A stretch of DNA of 63,061 bases, counting the filler, from Craspedostauros australis (lineage: Eukaryota), in the NCBI GenBank assembly GCA_030167865.1. It is 14 parts of 14 records of this genome, joined end to end, with 100 filler letters (N's around TTAATTAATTAA, not from the genome) between each part and the next. Parts side by side here need not be neighbours in the genome. Positions count along the whole stretch, not along the records: positions 11,942 to 21,041 come from JALAGF010005249.1; positions 21,142 to 22,435 come from JALAGF010005250.1; positions 22,536 to 26,187 come from JALAGF010005251.1; 11 more parts are not named here. One strand, 5' to 3'. Below, piece by piece: positions 12,002 to 24,941 of the stretch; positions within the stretch are counted from its first letter, which is position 1; each line of letters begins with the position of its first letter. The notes below the pieces were generated by a model. That model did no database searches. It had not been told where the DNA came from and was given only the letters and a program-made list of their open reading frames with translations. Both the position numbers and the translations under genes were made by a program.

Positions 12002-12288
12002 AGTGTGTGTTTGAGTGTGTGTTTGAGTGCGAGGGTTAGTGTGTGTGTGTGTGTGTTTGAGTGTGTGTGTGTGTGTGTTTGAGTGTGTGTTTGAGTGTGA
12101 GTGAGTGTGTGTTTGAGTGTGAGTGAGTGTGTGTTTGAGTGCGAGGGTGAGTGTGAGTGTGAGTGTGAGTGTGAGTGTGAGTGTGAGTGTGNNNNNNNNN
12201 NNNNNNNNNNNNNNNNNNNNNNNNNNNNNNNNNNNNNNNNNGTGAGTGTGAGTGTGAGTGTGAGTGTGAGTGTGAGTGTGAGTGTGTG
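11942..12288. repeat. (TG)n / (TGAGTG)n / TGTTTGAG compound microsatellite
   Basis: Seen directly. Confidence 0.95.
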
Positions 12289-12796
12289 CCATTGCTGCTC
12301 ATGTGTGTCGTGGGTGTAGTAATGTCCTTGTATTGTGGGTTATCGTGCAATGGCGTGTTGTGTGATCAAGTTTTGACTTTGTGGGCATTGTTCGGGCACT
12401 TGTGTGTGTGCATGTTTTTGCTGCCAGTGTGTTAGGGGCTATTAGCAACATTGTTTTGGGGTTATTGTGCATTGGGGTGTAGTGAGCTGTGTCTTGATGT
12501 ATGATTGGTGCTGTCAATTGTTAGGGTGATGCTTTTGTGTCCTGGATTATCGTGCTTTGGCCTGCAGTGAGCAGTGTCTTAGTGTATGATGGGTGCTGGA
12601 AATTGCCCTGTTCTTTTGTGTGGTTGGTTATCATGCATGGGTGTGTAGTGAGCAGTTGGTGACATGTTGTGCCATGGCCTTGTCTCTGTGCATGCCTTGT
12701 GTGTCTTGTGTGCCTTTGCTACTCGTGTATGGAGGGTTGCGGGTTATTAGTGATGTTGTATCTTGTGTTTTTGTGCATTTCCTTGTTGTGAGCACT

Positions 12797-12852
12797 GTAT
12801 GGGCACTGTATGGGCAGTGTATGGGCAGTGTATGGGCAGTGTATGGGCAGTG
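12797..12852. repeat. 11-bp tandem repeat TGTATGGGCA(C/G), about 5 copies
   Basis: Seen directly. Confidence 0.85.
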
Positions 12853-12959
12853 TGTTGTGATTTGGCCATTTAAGTTTGCAGGGAACCATGTGATCAGTGT
12901 GTGTGCACTGTGTGCATTGTGTGCACTGTCTATGTGTGCGTGTTGGCCAGTGAGTGAGG

Positions 12960-15900
12960 GGCTGCAAGTGACTGCACATGACTGCAAGTGACTGCAAGTG
13001 TGAGATATTGTGATCCAAAATGGTCCATCTTTGAGGCTGATAATGAACATCGTGAAGTTGCCAGCTGCATGTGATATGGTGGTGGAGTATTGCGCGTGCC
13101 ATGGGGCACGTGTGAACGTTGTGAGATGTGCGATTACAGCAATTGGCAGTGGTGAGAGAGTATCCGGAAATGTGTGCAAGTGTGAGATATTGTGATCCAT
13201 CATGGTCCATCCTTGAGCATGACAATGAATATGATTGAGTAGCCAGCTGTATGTTCCACGCTTGGTGCCACGTCAAGGTAGCTTCGAAGTGTGTATGACC
13301 ATTGTTGGATGTGTGATTACTGCAGTTGGAGGTGTTGAGATATGGGCCGGAAGTGACTGCAATTGTGAGATATTATTGTGATCCAACACGATCCATCATG
13401 ATCCATCTTTGAGTGTGACAATGAGCACGTTGGGGTGGCTGGCCGCATGTGATACACTTGGTCGATGTCATGCATGGTATGGGCGAGTGCGGCCATTGTT
13501 GGATGTGTAAAGTATATTGCTGTTGATGGTGTTGAGACATGGGCTGGAAGTGACTGCAATTGTGAGATATTATTGTGATCCAACATGATCCACCATGGTC
13601 CATCTTTGAGTGTTACTGTGACAGTAACAATGAGCATCTTGGAGTTGCTGGCCGCATGTGCCACGCTTGTATCGTGCCAATAGTGTTATGGGGCGTGTGT
13701 GAGCGTTGTTGGTTGTGCCATCACCACAATTGGTGGTGGTGAGAGAGGATCTGGAAATGTGTGCAAGTGTGAGATATTATTTTGATCCATCATGATCCAG
13801 GTTTGTGTGCAAAACTGAAGATCCTGGAGTCGCCAGCCACACGTGATACAGATGTGATGTATTGTGTATGGTGTATTGTATGTGCCATGGTGCGTGTGTG
13901 AGCGTTGTGGGGTGCGCGAGTATCACAGTTGATGGTGTTGTGAGAGTGGCCAGAAGCATCTGCATAATTCGAGATTGTGTGATCCATCATGGTCCATCTG
14001 TTGAGCGTGACTGTGACACCGAACATCGTGGAGTTGCCAGCCACGTGTGACATGGAGGTGGTGTATTGTACATTGTACGCTGTACGCTGTACGTGCTATA
14101 GCTATGGAGCGTGTGCATACGATGTTGGATGTGTGATACATTGCATTAGATGGTGTTTGCAGAGGGACTGGAAATGACAGCATGTGCGAGAAATTGTGCT
14201 CCACCATGATCCACATGTGAGTGTGAAGGCAACAACGAGTATCTTTGAGTTGCCGACCGCATGTGATACGGATGTACCATGTCATGCGTGCCATCAAACA
14301 TGTGCGAGTGATGCTGGATGTGCGATTAGTGCAGTTGATCATGTTGTGAGAGTTAGGGTTAGCCGTTAGGGTTAGGGTTAGTATTGTATCTGCAAGTATG
14401 TGATTTTGTGAGCCATCTTGGTTCATCTTTGAGTGTTACTGTTACAGTGACAACGAGCATCATGTCGTTGCCAGCCACATGTGATATGGATGTGGTGTAT
14501 TGTGTATTGTACGTGCCATGGGGCGTGTGTGAGTGTTGTGGGATGTGCGAGGATTGCAGTTGTTGGTGTTGTTGTGAGAGGGGACGGAAGTGTCTGCATG
14601 TGTGAGAGTTTGTGATCCCCATCATCCATCATCCATCATCCATCATCCATCATCCATCATGGTCCATCTTTGAGTGTGAAAACGAACATCATGGCGTTGC
14701 CGGTCGCATGTGATATGGATGTGTTGTATTGTGTATTGTGCATGCCATGGGGCGTGTGTACGCGTTGTGGTATGTGCGAGTATTGCAGCTGATGGTGTTG
14801 TGAGAGTTAGGGTTAGCTGTTAGGGTTAGTATCAGCAAGTGTGAGATTTTGGGATTCATCATGGTCCATCTTTGAGTGTTACTGTGGCTGTGACAATGAG
14901 CATCCTGTAGTTGCTGGCCAGATGTGTTACGGATGTGCCATGCCAGGTGTGCCATGGGACATGTGTGATTGTTGGTGGTTGTGCAAGGATTGCAGTTGAT
15001 GGTGTTGTGAGAGTTAGGGTTAGCCGTTAGGGTTAGCATTGTGTCTGCAAGTATGTGATTTTGTGAGCCATCTTGGTTCATCTTTGAGTATGTCAACGAG
15101 CATCATGTCATTGCCGGCCACATGTGATATGGATGTGGCATGTCATGTGTTCCATGCGACGTGTGCGAGCGTTGTGAGATGTGCAAGGATTGCAGCTGAT
15201 GGTGTTGTGAGAGTTAGGGTAAGCCAGAAGTATCAGCAAGTTTGAGGTTTTGCAATCCATCATGGTCCATCTTTGAGTGTGACAATGGGCATCATGTCGT
15301 TGCTGGCCAGATGTGATACAGATGTGGTGTATTGTGTATTGTGTATTGTGCGTGCCATGGGGCGTGTGTATGCGATGTTGGATGTGTGAAATATTGTAGT
15401 TGATCGTCTTGTGAGAGTTAGGGTTAGCCGTCAGGGTTAGCATTGTATCTGCAAGTTTGAGGTTTTGTGATCCATCATCCACCATGATCCATCTTTGAGT
15501 GTGACAATGAGCGTCATGTCATTGCTGACCACATGTAACATGGATGTGGTGTATTACATGTGCCATGGGGTGTGTGTATGGGATGTTGGATGTGTGGCTA
15601 CCGCAATCGGAGGTGTTAAGAGAGAAGCCGGAAGTGACTGCAAGTGGGTGATTTTGTGATCCTTCTTGGATCATGTTTGAGTGTGACGGTAACAATGAGC
15701 ATCATGTCGTTTCTGACCAGATGTGATATGGATGTGGCATGTCATGCATGCCATTGGGCATGTGCAAACGTTGTGAGATGTGCGAGGATTGCAGCGGATG
15801 GTGTTGTGAGAGGGGCCAGAAGTGTCTGCATGTGTGAGAATTCGTGATCCATCATCCATCATCCATCATCCATCATGATCCATCTTTGAGTGTGGCAACG

Positions 15901-16080
15901 AGCATCATGGAGTTGCCAACCACAAGTGCCACGCTTCTGCCATGTCATATGTGGTGTGGGGCGCCTCCTGGCGTTGTTGGATGTGTGACTACCGCAATCA
16001 GAGGTGTTGAGAGAGAGAGAGAAGCCAGAAGTGACTGCAAGTGGGTGCTGTGTGGTGAGTGATGGCAGTTGCTGTGCATT
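12960..16080. repeat. Satellite A: about 15 diverged ~200-bp monomers, some containing TTAGGG runs
   Basis: Anchor CATGGTCCATCTTTGAGTGT recurs at ~13021, 13203, 13400, 13598, 13793, 13990, 14208, 14421, 14660, 14862, 15075, 15264, 15487, 15670, 15877. Confidence 0.9.
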
Positions 16081-16169
16081 CCATTTTGGGTGTGTGAGTG
16101 AGTGTGAGTGTGTGAGTGTGTGAGTGTGTGTGTGTGTGAGCACGTGTGTGAGCACGTGTATGTGTGTGT

Positions 16170-17520
16170 ATGTGTGATGAATTTGTATCATGGGTTAGGT
16201 TGGGCAATACTTTTAGGAGTTAGTTAGGGTATGCATGGTTGGGGTTAGGGTATGGGGTTAGGGTATAGGAATGGATATCAGCTAGTTTTCGTTGTGCTGT
16301 GTGTGATGGTAAGGGTCAGGGTGTTATGAATTTGTAGCAAGGGTTAATAGGGTGTTGCTGTGTGACGAATTTGTATCAAGGGCTAGGGTGTTAATGTGTG
16401 TTGGATTTGTATCAAGGGCTAGGGTGTTGCTGTGTGATGAATTTGTATCAAGGGCTAGGGTGTTAATCGATGATGAATTTGTATCAAGGGTTATTTAGGG
16501 CAATACTTTTAGGAGTTAGTTGCGTGGTTGGGGGTTAGGGTATGGGGTATAGGAATGGATATCAGCCAATGTGCGCTGTATGGTGAGTGATGAAAAGGGT
16601 TGGTGCTTTATGAACTTGTAGCAAGGGTTAATAGGGTGATGAATTTGTTAGGGTGTTAATGTGTGATGAATTGGTATCAAGGGTTAGGTTGGGCAATACT
16701 TGCAGCAGTTAGTTGCGTGGTTGGGGGTGGGGTATAGGAATAGATATTGGCCAATGTGTGTTGTATGGTGAGTGATGAAAAGGGTTCCAGCATTTTGAAC
16801 TTGTGGCAAGGGTGAATGGCTGATGAATTTGTTAGGGTGTTAATGTGTGATGAATTGGTATCAAGGGTTAGGTTGGGCAATACTTGTAGGAGTTAGTTGG
16901 GTGGTTGGGGGTTAGGGTATGGGGTATAGGAATAGATATTGGCCAATGTGTGTTGTGCCATGAGTAATGACAAGGGTCAGGGTGTTATGAACTTGTGGCA
17001 AGGGTGAATGGCTGATGAATTTGTTAGAGTGTTAATGTGCGATGAATTGGTATCAAGGGTTAGTTTGGGCAATACTTGCAGCAGTTAGTTGCGTGGTTGG
17101 GGTTAGGGTATGGGGTATAGGAATAGATATCTGCTAATTTTCGTTGTGCTGTGAGTGATGGTCAGGGTCAGGGTGTTCTGAACTTGTGGCAAGGGTGAAT
17201 GGCTGATGAATTTGTATCAAGGGTTAATGGGTGATGAATTGGTATCAAGGGTTAGTTTGGGCAATACTTCCAGCAGTTAGTTGGTTGGTTGGGGGTGGGG
17301 TATAGGAATAGATATTGGCCAATGTGTGTTGTATGGTGAGTGATGAAAAGGGTTGGTGCTTTATGAACTTGTAGCAAGGGTTAATTTGTGATGAACTTGT
17401 ATCAAGGGTTAATGTGTGATGAATTGGTATCAAGGGTTAGTTTGGGCAATACTTGCAGCAGTTAGTTGCGTGGTTGGGGGTGGGGTATAGGAATAGATAT
17501 CTGCTAATTTTCGGTGTGCC
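16170..17520. repeat. Satellite B: about 7 monomers of ~185-190 bp rich in degenerate TTAGGG/CAAGGGTTA
   Basis: Anchor GGGTATAGGAAT recurs at ~16262, 16545, 16731, 16922, 17114, 17298, 17484. Confidence 0.9.
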
Positions 17521-18031
17521 GTTAGCGATGGCAATTGATGTTTATTGCATTTTTGGGTGTATGAGTTGTGTTTGGCTTGCAACATCATGAGTGAGCTATG
17601 TTCCAACCATGTGTCAACCATGTGGACAGTGTGTGCGGTGTTTGGAGTGTGTGCATGTGCTTGGGGGTCGAGATTGGCCAGTTGTTGTTGTGGGTTGAGT
17701 GATGGCCATTCCTGTACAATGCATTTTGGTAGAGTGAGTTGTATATAGCTTGCAGAACTGTGTGTCAACCATTGTCAACCATGTTGTCAGTGTGCAAGGT
17801 GGCTGGAGTGTGTGTATGGGCTGTGACTACATATGGCTCAGTGTGAATTATGTGGTGGGTGATGGAAATGGCTGTGCCTTGCATTTTGGACTATCCGCAG
17901 CATGAACCTTTATGTGTGAGCCGTATGTGAGCAGTGTGTGAGCCATTTGTGAGCAGTGTGTGAGCAGTGTGTGAGTCATGTGTGAGTCATGTGTGAGCTT
18001 GGTAGGACCAATGGGTTACCTACTTGACAGT

Positions 18032-18773
18032 TGTTGGAAATCAAGGGTTATAGTCAGCATGAATCTAAGCTGTTTTTAGATCATACCGTTTTAGAACTGT
18101 GAGCACATCCTCACTCTCACTCTCTTTCTCACTCTCTCTTTCAATTTCAATTTCATTGTTGGCGTTCTCTGTGGTGCCATAGCGAGGCATTGTTGTATTC
18201 CTGAACATATTCGATGTGTCTTGCTCATGCATCCTCCTGCACCTTCTATCATGCCCTCATCCTGATGCTTCATCGTCCGCATCTGCACACTTGTACCCTT
18301 CCACATATGTGTGGTAGGGGTCCACAGTCCTGCATGCTATCTTGTCATGTATTTCGGCTCTCGACCTCGTGACATCTCGTTTCCACTTGTTTACGATTGG
18401 TGTCACCCTCAGTGATGTCCCAAACCTGCGGTCGTAGTGACCCTTTCTGAAGTTCCAAACCTGCAGTTGTTTTGTCCGTAGGGGGGGCGCATGCTGTCCC
18501 CCCAGATGGAATGAAGCTCTCGCCCACTGCCCTGCTGACGTCTTTGTTTGTGTCGTTGTCTTGTTTGGGTTAGTGTCAGGACATCCTGTCGAGCGTCATC
18601 ATGGTTGTTCTTGATTCATGAGGACGGGCTGTTTTTCCTGGTTCACGAGTGTGATGAGTAGGACTCGAATGTGTGATGGATAGTGGACAATCATGTGATG
18701 AATAATGTCCAAAGGTGTGATGAATAGTCTCTGAACATGTGACGAATAATCTTGGGAGGTGCAGCAATCATGG
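18032..18773 (-). mobile_element. Short TG...CA family element, one end truncated
   Basis: Starts TGTTGGAAATCAAGGG..TTTAGAACTGTGAG and ends TTGGGAGGTGCAGCAATCATGG; lacks the final ~35 bp. Confidence 0.8.
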
Positions 18774-19122
18774 CCTTTGAGTTGAACGCTGTCTGTCATC
18801 GTTTGTAAGAAGAGAAGGGTACAACGAGGAATGCAGGTTTGAGTAGTAGTGTTCATCACAGTGTCAAATGAGTGCTATTGGGATGGTTGTTGAGCATGCT
18901 TGCATGTACAACCATGTCAATCCATGCTTGTTAAGTATTGGTTTGATGTCATGCACAGACTATGATTTGGCATATAGGTGTTGGCCCTTATGTAGCGAAT
19001 GCTATCACGAGTGTGGCTTCTGCCTTCCAACATCAAATCAGTCCACCAGTTTGCACTGGATATTGATGACCCATTCCAAACTGTTTTTGGGCACTTCTTG
19101 ATTCCCCCAATAGTACCACCCA

Positions 19123-20640
19123 TCACATGGAGGTGGTGTAGCGTAGAAACGGTCGGACAAGCAGATCGAATTGGGCATAGTGGAATCGCATGTTGGTTTC
19201 GTTTCTCCGTCCTCCTCCTGGTCCTGGTTTCTCCCAACATTGACCAGTTTGGTGTCACCTTTCGCTCACCTTTTGCTCCAGAGCGCGTGTGTCCGAGGCT
19301 TGCCTGAAAGATTGAAAACAGTGGTAGCTTTCGCGTAGCTTGGATGCATTGGTGATGTCAGGAGGAAACAACCCTTGGTTGGTCTCCCATATACCCTCCA
19401 AGACATCATGGAGTGCATCGTTGAGATCTTTTGGAGTGTAGAGGGTACCTTGTTTCAATGAAATCGCGGGACCGTGATATTGTTGCGACTTCTGCTTCAC
19501 ACTCAGGGGTGTGTTGATGATGCCTTGGACGTTGATACCCGATTTGGTTCGCTTGGATAGAGGGATGATATGTTTGTATGACTGATGTTTGCCTTTGAAT
19601 TTGCCTTGTAGTAGTACAATGGTGATATGGTCGTCTGGCTTTTGGCATGATTGTTCCTTGATGGTGGCCCTGGGGTCCAACATCTGTGCCTCAGAACCCC
19701 AAAGAGATATGGTGTAGGATAACATAGCACAGGTCATGAAAGCAGCCCATCGATGTTGTTCTGGGGTTGTTGTGTTCACATTCGTCGAATTGTTGTTGTG
19801 CCATGTCCAAGATTGCCAATACAAGTGCTGTGGAGAAGCCTTTGTTGGGTCTCCAGTCCTGTCCCATTCAGTGTCAACAGCCCTCGTTGAACCTGGAGAA
19901 CCAGAAGGAGCCACATGGGTCATGAGCGATCCATTGGTACTTATCATTCTGATTGCCCATGCTCAATGATTGTTGTGTGGAGGCAGCTGACGCGCGAACT
20001 TGGTTGGAGTAGGTGGCACGCAATTTGCGGATAGTGTCGTACTGGATGTGAGTTTTGGAGTATTGTCCCGGTTTCAGCAACGCGAGTACCATTAGAATGG
20101 CCACTTGATAACTGCAATGGTCGTATGCGGGTAGCGGACCTTTGGCTTCGAATGGTCCCTCCAGACCGAGTTCTTGTGCTGCCTTAATCATCTGTTTGGC
20201 TCTGCTGGTGTTCGCCTTGGCGGTGGTGGAGGCTCGACTCCAGAAAGCATCCAGATTGACTCTCCGGATGGCACCCATAATCCGTTTGTCAACAGCGTTG
20301 AGTGTGATGGGTTGTCTGTGCTTCAGCTTGACAAATATGCAATAATCGCGCTCGAAAGGAATCAGTAGGTGGTCACCATCGCGTGCTTGGCTGTATGCTG
20401 CACGATCAACGCTTCTGGCACCCCAGCTGATCAACATTCTCTTGTCCAGATCGCTTGCGTTTTGTGTTGCCGTCTTGAAGATGGAAGTGATGAAAGCCAA
20501 GGTGGTTGTCCGAAGTATAGCAATAGCACCTGCCACACCACATATTTCGGCATGCTGGAAAACTGCCGATGCTCCAGTAGAAATTAACACAAAAGATGCC
20601 CTCTGTCCAGGTTCGGAGTCTTGAACATCTTCGACGCGTC
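19123..20640 (-). pseudogene. Decayed tyrosine recombinase of a DIRS/Ngaro-like retroelement
   Basis: Cys-rich start GIFCVNF..PACRNMWCGRCY, then RDGDHLLIPFE, IRRVNLDAFWSR, SYTISL(W)GSE (catalytic Arg position), HCFQSFRQASDTRA and MRFHY (catalytic Tyr); several frameshifts and stops. Confidence 0.65.
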
Positions 20641-20649
20641 TCTTTCGCC

Positions 20650-21041
20650 TGTCCAGAGCAATGAGGCGGCATGGCATCATGGCGCGGTAGGCAGCCCATG
20701 GAGGATGGGAGTTGGAGAGCCAGTTGGTCCAAGCAGCAACCTCCTTGCGGAGATGCTTGGACTTGCTGCCAAAACCGCAGGAACCAGTTTCCCAGATGGA
20801 CAGCATCAAGACCGCCTGGACCGGACCAGCCTCCCCGGAGAGTTTGCAAGCAACTGATCCAACCACCTCATTTGGTGATCTTGACAGGGACAGGGGTGGG
20901 AGCAGGACCGTCATATGGCTCGAATGCTCTTGTCCCGTTGCCACTGATGTCAGGATCACGTATGACATGACAGGATGCCTGAGTCTCAGTGTCTCCTCCA
21001 CGGGCAGACCAGACTTGGTGTCGATTTCTGCTGGCAAGAGG
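20650..21041 (-). mobile_element. Fragment of a CRE-like non-LTR retrotransposon (region just before the RT core)
   Basis: KLSGEAGP..FGSKSKHLRKEVA..WLSNSHPPWAAYRAMMPCRLIALD; breaks off where K.PGVRP would follow. Confidence 0.6.
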
Positions 21042-21141
21042 NNNNNNNNNNNNNNNNNNNNNNNNNNNNNNNNNNNNNNNNNNNNTTAATTAATTAANNN
21101 NNNNNNNNNNNNNNNNNNNNNNNNNNNNNNNNNNNNNNNNN

Positions 21142-22435
21142 GAGCGCGGCAGATCCGTGCCTGTTCTACAGGAAGACGAACAAAGGAAGCATGATTTTGG
21201 CCATCTACGTGGACGATTGCTTCTGCTGCGGAGACTCCAAGGCACTGGAGACATTCCTGAAGGACATCCAAGGCAACAAATTCAAAGTGACAATCGAGCG
21301 CGGACTCGGAGATTACCTCAGCTGCAACATCGAACTGAACCANNNNNNNNNNNNNNNNNNNNNNNNNNNNNNNNNNNNNNNNNNNNNNNNNNCATGATCG
21401 TGGCCATCTACGTGGACGATTGCTTCTGTTGCAGAGACTCCAAGGCACTGGAGACATTCCTGAAGGACATCCAAGGTAGCAAATTCAAGGTAACGATCGA
21501 GCGCGGACTCGGAGACTACCTCAGCTGCAACATCGAACTGAACCACGACAAGACCAGAGCGACATTACGTCAACCACATCTCATCCGACACCTCATCAAA
21601 GAGTTCAGAACCAAGGTTGAGAAGATGCAACGCTATGGGACACCAGGAACCCTGGGTCAAATCATCGTACGACCATCCAAAGATAACGGACTGCAGAAGG
21701 TCGGACTGGAAGAACATGCCNNNNNNNNNNNNNNNNNNGGTATGCTACTCTTCCTCATCAAGCACTCGCGACCAGATATCGCGAACCCTGTGAGGGAACT
21801 CTCCAAGGTATTGATTGGACCCACCAAGGCTGCAATGAAGGAGATGTATCAGATCATAAAGTATGTGATCGATACGAAGGACTATGGATTGAAAATCCAT
21901 CCAGCGCGTCCAGATGACGACGGCTGGGACATGGAGCTCTTCTACAATAGCGAATATGCAGGAGACAAGAACACAAGAATCAGCGTAGGGGGATTCATCC
22001 TATACCTGTGCAAGGTACCAATCCTTTGGCGATCCAAAGCACAGAAGGCCGTCACACTCAGCTCATCCGAAGCAGAATACATTGCCCTTTCCAAAGCGGC
22101 AAAGGAGATCTTCTTCGTTGTGCAGCTACTCGAAAGTGTGGGCATCCCAGTGAAGACACCGATCAAGGTCCGTGTGGACAACATCGGAGCGATCTTCATC
22201 GCCAAGAATCCATCAACATCCCAACGATCGCGGCACATTGACGTGCGCCATCACTACGTGAGGAACATTGTAATCAACAAGACCATTGAAATCATTTTTG
22301 TTAAATCCGAGCAGAGCACAAGCAATGGATTCACCAAGAACATCAAGGCCAACTTACAACGCGAACACGAGAAGTCGTACCTTGACACATCAAGAACATT
22401 CGAATGACCGAATGCACACAGGAAGGGTGTCGAGA
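21142..22435 (+). mobile_element. Ty1/copia pol 3' part (RT C-terminus + RNase H), polypurine tract and start of the 3' LTR
   Basis: IYVDD, SRPDIA, WRSKAQKAVTLSSSEAEY, VDNIGAI, RSRHIDVRHHYVR; stop at 22405-22407; GGAAGGG then TGTCGAGA at 22428. Confidence 0.92.
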
Positions 22436-22697
22436 NNNNNNNNNNNNNNNNNNNNNNNNNNNNNNNNNNNNNNNNNNNNTTAATTAATTAANNNNNNNNN
22501 NNNNNNNNNNNNNNNNNNNNNNNNNNNNNNNNNNNGATTAATGAGATTCCCGACAACTCTCCTCACCACACTTGTACGATTTTGATGCTGATGTTCGTGC
22601 CACCTGTTTCTCTCTCTCTCTTCCTCTTGAGCCAACAAGAAGGCAATTGAAGATGAACAACAGCAGACATTCGATGGACACGGAGTAAGACACATAA

Positions 22698-22950
22698 GCG
22701 AAGGGGGACATTGAGGGGGACAAAAAAGCGAAGGGGGACATTGAGGGGGACATTGAGGGAGACAAAAAAAGCGAAGGGGGACATTGAGGGGGACAAAAAG
22801 CGAAGGGGGACATTCAGGTGGACGTCGAGGGGGACATTCAGTCACGTGTATTCGGATGNNNNNNNNNNNNNNNNNNNNNNNNNNNNNNNNNNNNNNNNNN
22901 NNNNNNNNAAAAAGCGAAGGGGGACATTCAGGTGGACGTCGAGGGGGACA
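22698..22950. repeat. Array of the 12-bp unit (G/A)AGGGGGACATT inside ~30-bp higher-order units
   Basis: About 10 GGGGGACA cores seen directly. Confidence 0.85.
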
Positions 22951-24358
22951 TTCAGTCACGTGTATTCGGATGCAAAACGCGCAGCCATGCTGGCGCGAAG
23001 AAGAGCCGGCTGGAGCGTAACGTTATATGTGGGTAATATAGTACTTTCATAGACCCAAATTTGAATATCGATGATACCACAAATACGCGTAACTCTACCA
23101 GTTCGGTGAGACACGGATGGTGAGCACATGGCCATGCCGGCGCGTTCTTCGACTGGCTGGCGCGCACTGTAGGCCTAAAACATTATAGGTCTATCTAAGT
23201 ACCTTCTCGTTTGGGCCTACTGGGGACAATTTACCGTGCGCCCCAGAGAGCGACGACGGCTTCGTCATCATGCATCCGGGGCAAAGCCAAGGCAAGTGCA
23301 AAACCGCAACGCAGAATTCCAGCCAACTGTCAACCAATCCTTGTCAACCAATCCTCGCCAACCAATCCTCGCCAATGCAAAGCAAAAGCAAGACACAGGC
23401 ACATGCCCACTTCGCCACTCTCAGCAAACTGCAGAGACAAGCGGAACGATGTCACAATACTATGTACTCTACATACGAATACTGATACCACTAGATATAC
23501 CATTGTCACTATACTAATTACGCACACTGTCATACTTCACAGCGGAATGCAATGCACTGCGCAGATCCCCAACAACGATGAGAGCAGATGCAGCAATGCG
23601 CAAAGAGAGAGAGAGAGCGAGGACAGCTTCAGTAGAAGCGCCATGGATACCAATCCAAATACTCCTGCGAAGGCAGCACAGGCACGGCGGCGGATTCTAT
23701 TCAGTTCCAAGAGCGCCCAGCATCGACATACACAACGTTGACGAAGACAGACAGATTGTGGCATGAATCATGTCATTATCGACTGCACATCGACTGCACG
23801 CCAATAGTCGCGCCGCTGATGGCTGCATCAACGGTAAGCAATACAACCGAAGATGCAGTGAAGGATACAATGGGAAATATATTTGATCCGATGTCACCGA
23901 TGAAGAGGAGCCCACTGTGATCAACGAACCAAGAACAAATCCGTCGGCTGCATCCGGAAAACGCCCGACCTCCAGGTCGAAATCGGTCCCGGTCAACTCA
24001 TTTGTCCATGTCAAACTGCATCTCCTGGCGGATGCAACAACACGATCTGAAAAGGGCCAGTTCTTCCCCACCAGCATGATCTTGCACACCGCAGGGAAGA
24101 CAGACCGTACCAACGCTAACGCTGACTGATCACGTTTCAGCATCAGAAGAGTGTCCTTCGGCGAGTCCTCAATGGTGTCCTCATTGGAGTTGCATCATCC
24201 TCTCTGCAGAGGTTGTTGGATGTGGTTGATTCAAACTCCTACTTGTACAGAGTAGTGCAACACAGCAACCAGAATCGAAAGAACACAGGTCAAGCATGCC
24301 CCTGAGACGGGGGTTGGCAGCCACGAAGGGAAAACCTCACAAGATGACAAGGACCATA

Positions 24359-24849
24359 TGTCAGGAATTGGATGTTCTGAAACACTGGATTGCTGCACCT
24401 CCCTCTTTGGATCATTATGTGACACCAACCATGTGAGCTGCACCAAGAGGCAGAGAACACTGTATGGCAAGCGCAAACCAGATTGTGATGTCCATGACCG
24501 CAATTCAGGAATGGAAGTCACACATGTCTGTCACAAGAGGCAGCGATGTTGGATTTGTGACCAACATCACAAAATGCACAGTTACGGCCCCTATGTTGCA
24601 ATGGACAAGAAAGGCATTTTTGGGATGGCCAGCATGACGAAGTACAAGATGACATGCAAACATATCTCTAACAATGAACCAGTGAAAATTGGAGAGGAAT
24701 GGAGATTGTCCCAAGATGATAGAACAATACTGCAAACAAGAGACTTACTGAATGCTGAAGGGTGATCAATCCGTAGGAGAGAATTAGGAGTACAAGTTTG
24801 TGGTTGAGTGTGTGAGTCTTTAGTCTGATAGCTGTAACAAATCCAAACA
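24359..24849 (+). mobile_element. Old, internally deleted copy of the short TG...CA family (subfamily B)
   Basis: TGTCAGGAATTGGATGTTCTGAAACACTGGATTGCTGCACCTCCC; collinear with the 24942 and 34332 copies with many CG>TG changes; right end approximate. Confidence 0.7.
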
Positions 24850-24941
24850 AGACTTTTGAAAGGATTGTGAGCAGGTGATGAGCAGCATCCGTTCTAGTTG
24901 GATCTGCAGCATCTCTATTTGTAGTGGTATACCGGAGAATT

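Noticed and set aside
14350..14382. True telomere
   Set aside because: Only a few interrupted TTAGGG units inside satellite monomers, not a terminal array.
12960..17520. CRISPR-like array or His/Thr-rich coding ORFs
   Set aside because: Whole monomers are homologous with no unique spacers, no cas genes, eukaryotic context; the ORFs are by-products of strand bias.
21190..21543. Tandem duplication of the YVDD region (similar cases at 22795-22972 and 56330-56437)
   Set aside because: Copies flank N gaps; most likely a scaffolding overlap of alleles or paralogues.
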